64,000 bases of DNA, taken from an uncultured delta proteobacterium (GTDB lineage: Bacteria; Desulfobacterota; Binatia; Binatales; Binataceae). The stretch is taken from positions 1,472,001 through 1,536,000 of the forward strand of contig CAWCDG010000004.1 of assembly GCA_963794325.1 (NCBI GenBank). The letters run 5' to 3'. Below are positions 19,989 through 29,738 of this stretch, piece by piece. The translations under genes were made by a program, and so were the position numbers. Position 1 is the first letter of the stretch; each line of letters begins with the position of its first letter. The notes beneath the pieces were generated by a model, which saw nothing but the letters and a program-made list of their open reading frames with translations, was not told where the DNA came from and did no database searches.

Positions 19989-20657
19989 TTAACCCCTGCG
20001 TTTGCGATGGTGAAGGGGCGTAGGCTTCGGCGGTATCGGGGCACCAATTATCGCGTTATCGATGTCGAAGCAGAACAGCCCTTCGAACGGCCCGGAGTGG
20101 TCCTCATCGCCTATCCAGATCGACATGGGATTCTGCGTGATCGAGGACAGGTCGAGCCCGGTCGCCTCGACGTTCATGGTCCAGGCACCGCAACCCTCGC
20201 CTACGGGAGGCGTCAAGATCCGGACGATTCGCGCAGATACGGTTTCCGGCCCATTAAGCCCGAAGAACGTTCCGTAGTTGGACCCGTTGACGGTATGAGA
20301 AACGAATGGCTCGATATCGTAGTCGAACGGGAAGATCGGGAGAAGAGGGGTATACACGCAAGTTCCGGGAAGGTCGCAGGGGCAACTCTGCTGGGCGAGG
20401 GCGACTTCGACGCCCGACGCGATCGGATCATCCTTGCCATCGTCGCAATCATAGTCGGGATAGTCACCGTTGTTGGTGAAGGTGATATTGAAATTCGTGA
20501 AGTCAGCGTTACCTCCAACATGGACAATCTGCACTCGCTCGGGCCCCAGAGTAATTTCCCCGTTTGGAGCCGGTTGTGCCGATGCCGCGCGCGGCAACAG
20601 ACATAGGGCCACTGCACCCAAAGAACCGATTATCAGACCTTGCAAAGAGAATTTCAT
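19989..20657 (-). CDS. Hypothetical secreted acidic, Cys-containing protein
   Basis: GGGAGG RBS before MKFSLQ, signal peptide, Pro/basic C-terminal tail PIPPKPTPLHHRKRRG. Confidence 0.75.
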   Translation of the reverse strand: MKFSLQGLIIGSLGAVALCLLPRAASAQPAPNGEITLGPERVQIVHVGGNADFTNFNITFTNNGDYPDYDCDDGKDDPIASGVEVALAQQSCPCDLPGTCVYTPLLPIFPFDYDIEPFVSHTVNGSNYGTFFGLNGPETVSARIVRILTPPVGEGCGAWTMNVEATGLDLSSITQNPMSIWIGDEDHSGPFEGLFCFDIDNAIIGAPIPPKPTPLHHRKRRG

Positions 20658-20921
20658 CGTCGACCCTCCCGGTTTGGGCTTGCCCTGCCCCTGATTGCGT
20701 ACGAGATACGGAGCCCCCGCCCCATTCGAGAGCCTCATATACCACGTTGCGTCGTCAAAGGGTAATTGCTCGACTCACATGCCGCTTTGTGAAGTTTGAA
20801 CGATCCTTGTCCATTTCGCAGACAATCCTGCGCACAACCTGTTCGTACGCGGGATGTTGAAACGCTCGAAATCGAAGACGACAATCATCCGAGTTTTTCA
20901 ACCTCCTGCCAGGAGCGTTCC

Positions 20922-21365
20922 GTGGAAGATTCACAGAGAGAGAGGCTGGCTGCGTTGCTGGCTGAGGTTCAGGTTGCGATTCTGGTAACGCAAGGTGAGC
21001 AGTGGCCGACGGCGACGATGCAGGCGTTCGCCGAGACGCCGGAGTTCGATTTGTTGTTCATCATGAACGACGCGACCGAGAAGTTTCAGAATCTGATCAA
21101 GCATCCGTACGTGACGGTGTTCCTCGATGCGCGAGATAAGGGGAAGGTCGAGACGTTCGAGATCTCGCGGGCGCTGATCCAGGGGATAGCCAGCGAAATC
21201 GCGCGCGACGGCGCCGAGTGGGAGTCGATGAAGGAGGTGTTCCTGAAGAAGAGTCCCTTCGAAGCGCCGTTCTTCAAGTATCCGACGCTACGCATGCTGC
21301 GCGTGCGCCCATCGCGGCTGTCGTACGCCGGTGCGGACCGAGTCACGTTCAAAGCGGAGTTCTGA
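20922..21365 (+). CDS. Pyridoxamine 5'-phosphate oxidase-like (split-barrel flavin-binding) protein
   Basis: AILVT..P.AT.., TEKFQNLIKHPYVTVFLD, IQG.A; GTG start with AGGAG RBS. Confidence 0.75.
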   Translation: MEDSQRERLAALLAEVQVAILVTQGEQWPTATMQAFAETPEFDLLFIMNDATEKFQNLIKHPYVTVFLDARDKGKVETFEISRALIQGIASEIARDGAEWESMKEVFLKKSPFEAPFFKYPTLRMLRVRPSRLSYAGADRVTFKAEF

Positions 21366-21425
21366 GGAGAGACTGGTGCGACGACAGCGCGTCGCCGCAC
21401 CTTTATCTGTTGGTCGCCTTGCGGG

Positions 21426-21977
21426 CTACTTCACGTCAACTTCCATGCGCATCCAGGGATGGATGCAGCACTGGAATAGATGCTTGCCCTTCGACAGGCC
21501 AGCGATATTGAGCGTGCTGCCTTGCAGGATCCGGGTCCTGGCCACTGCGACGTTGCCAAAGCCGCCACTGCATTCAGGAATAACGCTGGTAGCGCTGCCG
21601 GGGTTGAGCGGCGGCAGGAATCCGTTACCGAAGGCTTTCACCTCCGTAAAGGTGTGGGGCTCGCCGCCTTGGTCGACCACGGAAACGACGGTCCCCTCCT
21701 TGATCGCGAGTGTGTCCGGTTCGAAGTCCCAACCAGGATCGGGCATTCCAGCCTCCGCCCCTGCAAGTAGATTGGCCAGCATGGTGCTATATCCAAGCGT
21801 GATGTTCTTGCAAAAGTCAGGGCCCAGTGCAGCATTGAACGTGGTCGGATCGCATTCGTCCAATGCCACAACTTGGGCGATGTCTGCCGAGTTTCCATTT
21901 CCTTGCGCCCTCACGCGAGGCGCGCCGGCCAGGATCACCCACCCAGCCAGAAGAATCAGCGTTGCTGCCTTTTTCAT
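21426..21977 (-). CDS. Secreted cupredoxin/plastocyanin-like copper protein
   Basis: Signal peptide, W.F.P....IKEG, GGEPHTFT, FQCCIHPWM (His/Cys/His/Met ligand set); AAGGAGG RBS. Confidence 0.8.
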   Translation of the reverse strand: MKKAATLILLAGWVILAGAPRVRAQGNGNSADIAQVVALDECDPTTFNAALGPDFCKNITLGYSTMLANLLAGAEAGMPDPGWDFEPDTLAIKEGTVVSVVDQGGEPHTFTEVKAFGNGFLPPLNPGSATSVIPECSGGFGNVAVARTRILQGSTLNIAGLSKGKHLFQCCIHPWMRMEVDVK

Positions 21978-22062
21978 TACTCGTTCCTCCTTTTGAAGCG
22001 AACCATTCGTTTATCGCCGCCCGTGTTCAGGCAGCCTGAGTCGCTAGCCAATGGACCGAGGC

Positions 22063-22099
22063 TGAACTTCTCTTGAACTCTGTCTGAACTCGTTGAACT
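22063..22099. promoter_or_regulatory. Four TGAACT direct repeats, candidate operator
   Basis: TGAACT at 22063, 22074, 22085 and 22094 (spacing 11, 11, 9). Confidence 0.5.
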
Positions 22100-22198
22100 G
22101 AGTCGTTCCTGACACTGAGGCGTGACGGATCAGGGCACGACGTGCCGTTATCGGGCACGAATCAGGGGGCGGCGCGAATTGGCGCGCGAGAGAGGAAT

Positions 22199-24076
22199 CT
22201 ACAACTGCCAGGAGACTGGATGCGTGGGGTCGGGATCGTAGGCGCAAAAGTTACCGGTCTTGATGGAAGCGGCGAGATAGCGGCCCAGCGAAGCGTCGCC
22301 GGTGCGGATCCTGATGATCGCTGCCTTGATCGCCTTAGTCACCATCAGCCGCGCCCGCTCGCTGTGAGAAGCGGCCTTCCGGACTCGTCCGCCCAACCCT
22401 ACCGCGGCGCCAATCTGATCGCGAAGCGCCTCCAGCTCGGAGCGGAGGTGCGATGCCCGCGATGCGTCGTTGAGCTCCGCAGCTTCCGCCAGTTCCGCGC
22501 GCAGCTCGCCGATGCGGGCGCGGTATTGCCCGCAGGCCTTGGCATCGAGCAACGCGCCGGCGTCGCCGAGGTTTGCGGCGGTGCCGACCCCATCTATCGA
22601 TGCGCGTCGTTTACCGTTTGGTGTCGCAGCGGCGGCAAGTTCGTAGGCCAGAACCTGACGGCCGGGATTCGCCAACAGGTAGGCGATGTAGTGAAAGCCC
22701 TTAGCGTGCTTGAGGCGGATCACCTTGCCTCGCGATGAAACCGTCCAATATTCGCCTTCTCGCCGGAATACCGCTCGGGTCGAGGCGGTAACTTGCTGAG
22801 ATCCGTTCCTTGCTCCCCCTGCACTATTGCCGCCGTTGGCGCGGACGAGGTCGCCTTCCACACCGTCAATCCAACTCTGGTCCGCACCGTGTCCGCGATA
22901 GATCTCGATTGCCTTGTCGAGCTTTTCGATCGCCGCCCGACGATTGGCGCCTGCCAGCAGCGCGTGGCCCCAACTCTGGAATGTCCGCGCCTCCTGCCAC
23001 ACCATCCCATGGCGTCGAAAGGTTTCGGCTGCCTTAACGAATTGTGCTTCGGACTCGCTCCACGATCCTCGTGACGCAGCGACCACTGCTTCAGCCCGCG
23101 CGACCAGCCCGGCCAGCCCTTCCTCGCCGGAAGCGAGAATCTCGCGGCATCTTTCGAGTTCCGCGATAGCGTCGTCCGCACTTGCCGATTCGTCGCCGGC
23201 CATATCGCCGGAGACGGCGTCGGCCAGAGTTTGTTCGGGCCGTGGGCTATGAGGCTCCCCGGTTATGAATTCCTCGGTCTGGTCGAGAAGGAAGTCCAGC
23301 AGGTCCCGATCCAGAGCTTGAAGCGCGTGGTCGTCGCCAGGCAGCTCGACATATTTGGCTCCCGGGATATTACTGGCCAGGTACCGTCCGTTTTCGACCC
23401 GAACAGTCGCATCGCCCACGCGATGCAAGATAAGGGTCGGGACCCGTATCGACGGCAGAAGATCGCCGACGTCTATCTCATAGTTCGCCCGCATCAAGGC
23501 GAGGATCGCGCTCGGACTGGCAACGGCTCGCTCGAGCCGGCCCATCATCTGGAGATACGCTCTATCTTGCGCGCGGCTCGGCGCATTGACGCCGACCAGG
23601 ATGCCTTCACCCCAATGGTCTTCGAGCATCTTAAGGAATTTTTCATAGTCCTCGCGACTGATGGGCTTCGGGGGCGACTTTATCGACGCATAGGTACCGT
23701 ACAGGACAAGGCTCGAGACGCGCTCGGGATACATAGCGGCGAACTTGAGACACATCTGGCCGCCTTCCGACCAGCCATAAACCGTCGCGCGCTTCGACCC
23801 GACCGCATCCATCACCGCCTGCATGTCGCTGACGCGCTCTTCCAGTGTCTGGCTGGCGTCCCGATCCGAGAGTCCCTGGCCACGCTTGTCGAAGATGATT
23901 ACCCGCGCGAAGGAGGCCAGTCGTCTCAGCATGTACCCGTAAGCAGGCATCTCCCAGAAGAGCTCGACGTGCGAGACGGTGCCCGGCACAAGTATGATGT
24001 CGCGCGGGCCGTCGCCGAAGACGCGGTACGCGAGGTGAACGTCGCCGTTTTTGGCGTACCTGGTTTCAGCTTCCAT
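22199..24076 (-). CDS. Alpha/beta hydrolase fused to a TPR-like segment and a putative DNA-binding regulator domain
   Basis: LipJ-type N-terminus (TRYAK.GDVHLAY, FDKRG.GLSDR, GWSEGG); C-terminus FRREGEYWTV..KG..YIA.LL..PG..GDAG.LLD..ERAR..VTKAI..SIKTG.FC.Y. Confidence 0.8.
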   Translation of the reverse strand: MEAETRYAKNGDVHLAYRVFGDGPRDIILVPGTVSHVELFWEMPAYGYMLRRLASFARVIIFDKRGQGLSDRDASQTLEERVSDMQAVMDAVGSKRATVYGWSEGGQMCLKFAAMYPERVSSLVLYGTYASIKSPPKPISREDYEKFLKMLEDHWGEGILVGVNAPSRAQDRAYLQMMGRLERAVASPSAILALMRANYEIDVGDLLPSIRVPTLILHRVGDATVRVENGRYLASNIPGAKYVELPGDDHALQALDRDLLDFLLDQTEEFITGEPHSPRPEQTLADAVSGDMAGDESASADDAIAELERCREILASGEEGLAGLVARAEAVVAASRGSWSESEAQFVKAAETFRRHGMVWQEARTFQSWGHALLAGANRRAAIEKLDKAIEIYRGHGADQSWIDGVEGDLVRANGGNSAGGARNGSQQVTASTRAVFRREGEYWTVSSRGKVIRLKHAKGFHYIAYLLANPGRQVLAYELAAAATPNGKRRASIDGVGTAANLGDAGALLDAKACGQYRARIGELRAELAEAAELNDASRASHLRSELEALRDQIGAAVGLGGRVRKAASHSERARLMVTKAIKAAIIRIRTGDASLGRYLAASIKTGNFCAYDPDPTHPVSWQL

Positions 24077-24201
24077 GAGAACCGAGCCTCCGCCAGGCAT
24101 CAGCCAATCCGGCTATGCTGTTTTCGAAACCTCATCGCGCGGGATTATATCAAGGCGCATCCTAGTAACAACTTGCGCGACAGGACCGGCACAGCGCCTC
24201 G

Positions 24202-25731
24202 TCAGAGCGTACCGAGAAAAGCTACCAGGTCCGATTTCTCCTGATCTGTGAAGCCGATTCCGAAGCGCTGATCATAGAAATTCACGACGTCGCCCAGCGT
24301 AACGGCTGAACCGTTGTGGAAGTACGGCGCGCGCGACGCCAATGCGTGCAGGATCGGTCCCTTTACTTTCCCAACATCCGTGCAGACTCCACTGATAAGA
24401 GCCTTGCCGAGATCGGTCACCTCGAATTTCTGCCCGATGAGCGGACCCGCGGTGCATTTCACCTCGAACATGGGCAATCCGGAAACGTCGAGCGCCGGCG
24501 GGGACGCGTCCGCAATTCCGATATTGATAGCCAGCTTCTTCGAATGGTTCCCGACGTTGGGCGAGTCGTGGCAGGTGCCGCAGGTCCCGACGATCGTGTT
24601 CGCGCCCAGCGGATCACTCGCGAACAAGTTGAGGCCGTTTACCCCGCTAATCGTGATGGGCTTGCTGTTGAACACGATCTCGCCGCGTGCGACAGCCGCA
24701 CGGGGGTCATTGAGGCCTGCCGCCGGGGCGTTCTCCCATGGAAGGTAGAGGGTGAAAATTTCCGAGGTGAATCCCGGCGACAGCGCGTCGTTGATCCCGA
24801 TATAAAATTCCTGCTGCGACAGCGCCGCCGGCCCGCCAGTAGCCTGACGTGCATGCAGGTTGCCCGCCTCGTTGTCGAACTCCTGCGCGTCGAAGATAGC
24901 GCTTTCAAAGTTCACGATCTGTGCGATCTCGGGGCCGGTCGGAGGGTTGACCGCCTGCGCGTGGCCGAGCGTCGCGTCGATCGACTGGCTCTCCAGCGAC
25001 GGCTCTCTGCCGTCCCACATGATCGATAGCGGCGCGCAGGTGGTCTGATTCGGCGGGCATTCGGTCAAGAAGCGCAGGTTGGCCGACGGCAGCGGACGCC
25101 GATAGACGGAGATCACCGGCGAGCTGGAAAGCAAATCTGTGCACCCGTAAGGATCGCTAATCACAGAGACTTCATAGTCTCTGGGCACTGCTGGATTGGA
25201 CCCCAGCTGAGTCGCAGGCAATGGCAGGAAGATCCGGATCAGACCCTTGGCAAGCAACAGCTTGTAGGCCTCGCGCTTCGCTGCGAGCGTGCTGACGTCG
25301 TCGCTCGGACAGGTCGCGCCGTCGACCAGTCGGAAGATCGGATCGGTGCCATTGCTCTGGTCGAAGCGATCCTGAATCGAAGCCGTGCTGACTCCCCATC
25401 CGCTGCGCGGCTCGTGGCAAGTCGCGCACGCGCGACCGTTGGTGCCCAAACTCTGAAAGAAAGGATTGGTGGCAGTGTGGGTAGGAGCAGCGAGATTGTA
25501 AGTCTCGACGACGCCGTCTGGATCCGGGTTTTGGAGAATATGCTCTATCACCGGCGGAAAGACTCCGGTGGAGGAGCTCGCGGGCCCGGTATCGTGAACC
25601 TTTAGTGCCAGACCGTGAACCACGGCGGCCCAATGCGGAATCGCTTGATGGTCAGATTGGGTGGCCGCGTTCCCCGACACGGCCAGGAAGAGAATCATCG
25701 CGATACAGCCAACGGTTCGGTTCAGACGCAT
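24202..25731 (-). CDS. Secreted diheme cytochrome c (peroxidase/MauG-like superfamily)
   Basis: Two CxxCH motifs (CATCH, CGTCH), MWDGRE, APYFHNGSA.TL.DVV.FY, EK.DLVAFL. Confidence 0.85.
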   Translation of the reverse strand: MRLNRTVGCIAMILFLAVSGNAATQSDHQAIPHWAAVVHGLALKVHDTGPASSSTGVFPPVIEHILQNPDPDGVVETYNLAAPTHTATNPFFQSLGTNGRACATCHEPRSGWGVSTASIQDRFDQSNGTDPIFRLVDGATCPSDDVSTLAAKREAYKLLLAKGLIRIFLPLPATQLGSNPAVPRDYEVSVISDPYGCTDLLSSSPVISVYRRPLPSANLRFLTECPPNQTTCAPLSIMWDGREPSLESQSIDATLGHAQAVNPPTGPEIAQIVNFESAIFDAQEFDNEAGNLHARQATGGPAALSQQEFYIGINDALSPGFTSEIFTLYLPWENAPAAGLNDPRAAVARGEIVFNSKPITISGVNGLNLFASDPLGANTIVGTCGTCHDSPNVGNHSKKLAINIGIADASPPALDVSGLPMFEVKCTAGPLIGQKFEVTDLGKALISGVCTDVGKVKGPILHALASRAPYFHNGSAVTLGDVVNFYDQRFGIGFTDQEKSDLVAFLGTL

Positions 25732-25895
25732 ACGCCAAACCTCCCTAATAATGGCCTAATCATTCAGAATGGAACTTGCTGTAGCAGAATGCGTCTCATA
25801 GGGCTACACGTGCATGGAGTCCGATCGCGGGCTGGCGATCGCGTGCAATAAGTGGAATTCTGAGAAGGTCGAGAAACTATTCGGGGGGCAATCCT

Positions 25896-26150
25896 ATGAC
25901 GGAGAGAAAATTGTTCGGGGTGGTTGTTCGGGCGTTCGGCCTTTGGTCCATCGTTCTCGGTGTCTCTGCGATCCATGGAGTCATACAGATCTTCGGCGTT
26001 CGAACCGTAAGTAACTATGATTGGCAACCCGCAGTAGCTTTTGCGGCCTTCTATATGGTTGCGGGTATTGGGCTATTGCGTAAATCAGAACCGATCGTGG
26101 AATTCGCGTACGCTTCGCGCGACTCAAAATCGACCGACAACTCAATTTAG
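25896..26150 (+). CDS. Small two-TM membrane protein
   Basis: 84 aa, two hydrophobic segments, GGGGG RBS-like run. Confidence 0.6.
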   Translation: MTERKLFGVVVRAFGLWSIVLGVSAIHGVIQIFGVRTVSNYDWQPAVAFAAFYMVAGIGLLRKSEPIVEFAYASRDSKSTDNSI

Positions 26151-26218
26151 CGCGCTGCCTATAAGAATTGCGGGTTTCAACCGCGTGCTATAAGAAGAGC
26201 TATGCCGAGGATCTATAA

Positions 26219-27109
26219 GTGACGACTCTCGCCGATAAAATCGCGCCGTATGCGGCTCAGTTCCGGCGTGACGGGTTCGTCATGGTGCCCGATTTGCTCA
26301 GTCTGGACGAACTCGAGCGGTACGGCGCGGCGGTCGATGAAGCGGTGGCGCGGCGCAAGCGCTTCGACAATCGCAAGCTCGGCGAGAAGACGCCATACGA
26401 GCAGTCGTTCATCCAGTGCATCAACCTGTGGGAGGACGCGCCCGCGGTTCGACCGCTCACGTTTCATCCGATTGTATGCGAGGCGGCGGCGCGCCTGATC
26501 GGCGTCGAGCGGCTGCGGCTATGGCACGATCAGGCGCTGTACAAGGAAGCTGGCGGGCGGCTGACCGATCCGCATCAGGATCAACCGTACTGGCCGATGG
26601 TCGAGACCGACACGATCACGGCGTGGATTCCGTTCGACGGATCGTCGCACACCACCGGATGCATGGGCTATGTGCCGGGATCGCACGCGGTAGGCCTGCG
26701 GGAGTTCGTGAACATCTTCAAGCCCGAGGACGCGCTCGAAATTCTGAAGATGCCGCAGATCAAGGACACGCCACCGGTGTGGGTCGAGGTGCCGCGCGGC
26801 GGAGTCGCGTTCCATCACGGCCTGACGGTGCATATGGCGAAGCCGAATCTCGGATCGCGGACGCGTCGCGTGCATACGATGATTTTTTTTCGCGACGGAT
26901 CGACCCGCAAGAATAATTTCCCGCATGATTCCGTCGAGCGCTATCACGTCGAGATCGGCGCGCCGATCGACAGCCCGGTGACTCCGATTGCGTGGCCGCG
27001 CGCGGCAGGAGACCTGCCCGAACCGCCTGACGCGCCAATCTCGGCGATATTCGCAAAGGCGGTCGAGCTCGGTTCGTTTCCCGACAAAACCGGCCGCGCC
27101 GACCGCTAG
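26219..27109 (+). CDS. Phytanoyl-CoA dioxygenase (PhyH) family Fe/2OG oxygenase
   Basis: F.RDGF, PHQDQPYW, TAWIPFD, CM.YVPGSH, FHH.LTVH. Confidence 0.9.
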   Translation: MTTLADKIAPYAAQFRRDGFVMVPDLLSLDELERYGAAVDEAVARRKRFDNRKLGEKTPYEQSFIQCINLWEDAPAVRPLTFHPIVCEAAARLIGVERLRLWHDQALYKEAGGRLTDPHQDQPYWPMVETDTITAWIPFDGSSHTTGCMGYVPGSHAVGLREFVNIFKPEDALEILKMPQIKDTPPVWVEVPRGGVAFHHGLTVHMAKPNLGSRTRRVHTMIFFRDGSTRKNNFPHDSVERYHVEIGAPIDSPVTPIAWPRAAGDLPEPPDAPISAIFAKAVELGSFPDKTGRADR

Positions 27110-27141
27110 CTATCAGCAGTCGCACGCGGCCAGCAAGGCGC

Positions 27142-28350
27142 CTACATCAATCCGGGCGGCAAGCCGTAAGGTCCCATGCCTCCGCCGCCACCGCTGTGAG
27201 ATTTCTTGGTGGTGACGTCGAACTTGCCGAAGATTCCCTCGCTCTCCATGTGCGGGCCCGCGGTGAAATACAGCGAAGTAATTGCCGCATTGTTCGAGCC
27301 GTTGCCGAAGACCAGCGCCCACAGTCCGTCCACATTCAACGGCTTGCCTTTGTTGTTTTTGGGCTGGCCGACCTGAGTGCCTACGCCGGTGGCTGCATTG
27401 ATGGTATACGCGTTGATGTTTCCGTCGCCGAAGTTTCCGATCCAGAAGTCGCCGCCCAGCGGACCGAAGGTCGACGGCGTCAGCACCATCCCCCACGGCG
27501 CGTTGAGGTTGCCGCCGGTCGCGAAACGAGCCTCGAATACGCCGTCGGTGCTGAAGATATCGATATAACCGGCGCCCACCTGATGCACCGGGTCGTGTTT
27601 GGCAGCGTCCTGCAGCGCGTAGCTGACCCACAAATTGCTGGTGCCGAACAGTGTGATTCCGAAGGGCGCATAGCCGGCCAGCGGGTTCGGGTCGGTGAAG
27701 GACCCGCTTAGCGAGGTTACCGGGTTGTAGGAGCTATCGAAGACGTCGACGTTACCCGATCGGAAATTGGTCGCGTAAAGAAACTGACGTCCGTTCAGCG
27801 TGGCGACGGCGAGGCCTTTGTAAACCGCGCCGTTGCCGGAAGAGGGCACCGAAGAGTTATCCACGTGGAGCACGGCTCCGGTGCCATCGGACTGTTGCCA
27901 TCCTGAAATCGTGCCATCCTCGGTGGCAAATATAAAAAGGTCGCCGCCAAAATCTCCCGAGACACCGTTGAATACGATCCCATCCGGCGTTGCTTGCGCG
28001 TTGCTGCCGTTAGGCGGTGGAATCGTCACGACGAAAGGCACCTTCTTGTTGCCGACCTGGACCGTAAAAGGCTTTCCGTTGCCGTCGTAGAGAGTAGATA
28101 CTCCCGCGTTGTTGTCCGAAATCCAGAACGGCGTCGGACCCTGCACCAAGCCCCAGGCATTGAGCAGATTCTTGTCGCGGATCTTGCCCTTCAAAGGCTT
28201 CCCCGACGTGACGAGGTTGCTTTGCGAGTAAGATGCCGTCTTGGTCTTGGTGTTGTTGTCCGGCGTCGACGGCATCTGGGCGAATGCGCTCGCGGTCGCG
28301 GCGAGCATGATAACGCACGCGCTCAACGCTGTTAGTGATTTGCGGTTCAT
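27142..28350 (-). CDS. TIGR03118-family secreted beta-propeller protein
   Basis: LLNAWGL, PFWISDN, FIFATEDGTISGW, AVYKGLA, GYAPFG, GNFGDG.INAY, LYFTAGP. Confidence 0.88.
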   Translation of the reverse strand: MNRKSLTALSACVIMLAATASAFAQMPSTPDNNTKTKTASYSQSNLVTSGKPLKGKIRDKNLLNAWGLVQGPTPFWISDNNAGVSTLYDGNGKPFTVQVGNKKVPFVVTIPPPNGSNAQATPDGIVFNGVSGDFGGDLFIFATEDGTISGWQQSDGTGAVLHVDNSSVPSSGNGAVYKGLAVATLNGRQFLYATNFRSGNVDVFDSSYNPVTSLSGSFTDPNPLAGYAPFGITLFGTSNLWVSYALQDAAKHDPVHQVGAGYIDIFSTDGVFEARFATGGNLNAPWGMVLTPSTFGPLGGDFWIGNFGDGNINAYTINAATGVGTQVGQPKNNKGKPLNVDGLWALVFGNGSNNAAITSLYFTAGPHMESEGIFGKFDVTTKKSHSGGGGGMGPYGLPPGLM

Positions 28351-28589
28351 CGTTTCCTCCATATGAAAAGCCAGCGAGACAAATTGTCTGGCTTACGGGT
28401 CTAAACCGGCGATGAACTCCGATGGTTCCCGCACGCGCGCGGGAAATTGGGCAGGGCTTGAAAAATTCTTTATTGACTCTCGCGAGCCACTAACCGAACG
28501 TCACTCGTCGGCGGGAGGGACCTGTCTTCCCGCGTGACAACGGAGCGCGTCTTAAACACTGCGCCGCCGTCGCCACGGCTGCTGACTGG

Positions 28590-29021
28590 CTATTTACAGT
28601 TCACGCTCTTGATTACGTTGGCGCCGCCGAGGAAACGCTCGTTGTGATTGAGCACGACGTCGCATCGGCTGACGCTCTCTGGCAATCGCCGTGAGATCTG
28701 CGCAGTTGTGTTCGCATAGTTGCACTGAATCCAGTAGCCGCGATCGCTCTTCTGCAATTGCCAGACCTGGATAATATTGTCGCCGCTGGTCTTCTCGCTG
28801 TCGGGCACCAGCGACGCCTGCTGCGCCGGCGGTCCGTCGAAAATAGTGACGCCCGCAACCGCTGTCTCGTAGCCGGAGTATGAAACCGCCCAATCGGGCG
28901 CGGGTGCGGACGCTCTCTGTTCGACTGCCACAGTTGCCGGGCAAGCGGACTCGGCCTGCGCGAAATACGCGGGCGCAATCGCGCACGCGAACACGATCAA
29001 AATAAATGTCTGTCGCTTCAT
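28590..29021 (-). CDS. STY0301-like small secreted protein
   Basis: Signal peptide, CP..., FDGPP...ASLVPD, YWIQCNY, LP..V..C; GAGGAGG RBS. Confidence 0.7.
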   Translation of the reverse strand: MKRQTFILIVFACAIAPAYFAQAESACPATVAVEQRASAPAPDWAVSYSGYETAVAGVTIFDGPPAQQASLVPDSEKTSGDNIIQVWQLQKSDRGYWIQCNYANTTAQISRRLPESVSRCDVVLNHNERFLGGANVIKSVNCK

Positions 29022-29509
29022 CTCGTTCCTCCTCACAACCGGTGCGAGTCTAGAATGCTTCGCGGGGAAAAACGAGCGCGGGGCGGAGTCGCGATTCATT
29101 TCGCGCTTCCGCCCCGCGTATCGGCGATATGCTTCGGCGGCGTTGCTGCCGCGGGCGTGGGTCGATCGGGTTACCGCTCGACGCTCGGTCTTTTGGAATA
29201 TGGTCTCGCGGGCCGCGCGATTATCACAACCGCGATAGCCAGTCCTGCCAACAATGATAAAACTTCCATCTTACTAACTCACTTGCGCGTGCGGACCCTT
29301 TCGATCGATTTCCAACAGCGCGCGATTTTAAGGTCGATTGTCCTTTTTCACCGGCTCATCGAACCGCACTTGCCAGCCGCCGTGCGTTCGTGCCGCGACG
29401 CGCGCATCTGTCTGTGAAGTGACTGAGGAACGCTGCGGGAAGCCGATACGAAGTCGATGTGAATCGTTTCGAACCGGTTTCTTCCCGTGCGTGGTATGCG
29501 ACGCGTTGC

Positions 29510-29683
29510 TTACAGGCTCACGAACGAGAGAACGATGTACGCCAGGGTCAGGAATGCGAACGCGACACCGGGCAATTCGCTGAGCAAACTGTTCTGCGCG
29601 ATACGGTCCGCGGCGACAGTCTCGGTCTGCTCCTTCACCTGCTGAAAGCCTGCGAGGGTTTGATTAATCGTGGTAGCAGCCAT
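29510..29683 (-). CDS. 57 aa protein with C-terminal TM helix
   Basis: GGAGGT RBS, ATG at 29683, MAATTINQ...LPGVAFAFLTLAYIVLSFVSL. Confidence 0.7.
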   Translation of the reverse strand: MAATTINQTLAGFQQVKEQTETVAADRIAQNSLLSELPGVAFAFLTLAYIVLSFVSL

Positions 29684-29721
29684 TTTCGTTACCTCCCGTT
29701 CCAGATCGTTGACAGGGGTAG

Positions 29722-29738
29722 AGCAAGGCCGATGCCAA
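29722..29738 (-). promoter_or_regulatory. Sigma54 promoter of the 57 aa ORF
   Basis: TTGGCATCGGCCTTGCT on the minus strand, near consensus; upstream palindrome TTTGCG-ttt-CGCAAA at 29791-29805. Confidence 0.7.

Noticed and set aside
19814-20047. N-terminal extension of ORF 18125..20047
   Set aside because: It runs through the upstream gene end, a terminator and a REP; the real start is downstream.
26151-26219. Three CTATAAG copies upstream of the PhyH gene
   Set aside because: Short, irregularly spaced (29 and 25 bp) and not palindromic; too weak to call.
28405-28430. ECF-sigma-like promoter (GGAAC-N17-GGTT, minus strand) before the TIGR03118 gene
   Set aside because: Match too short and degenerate to support without a known regulon motif.
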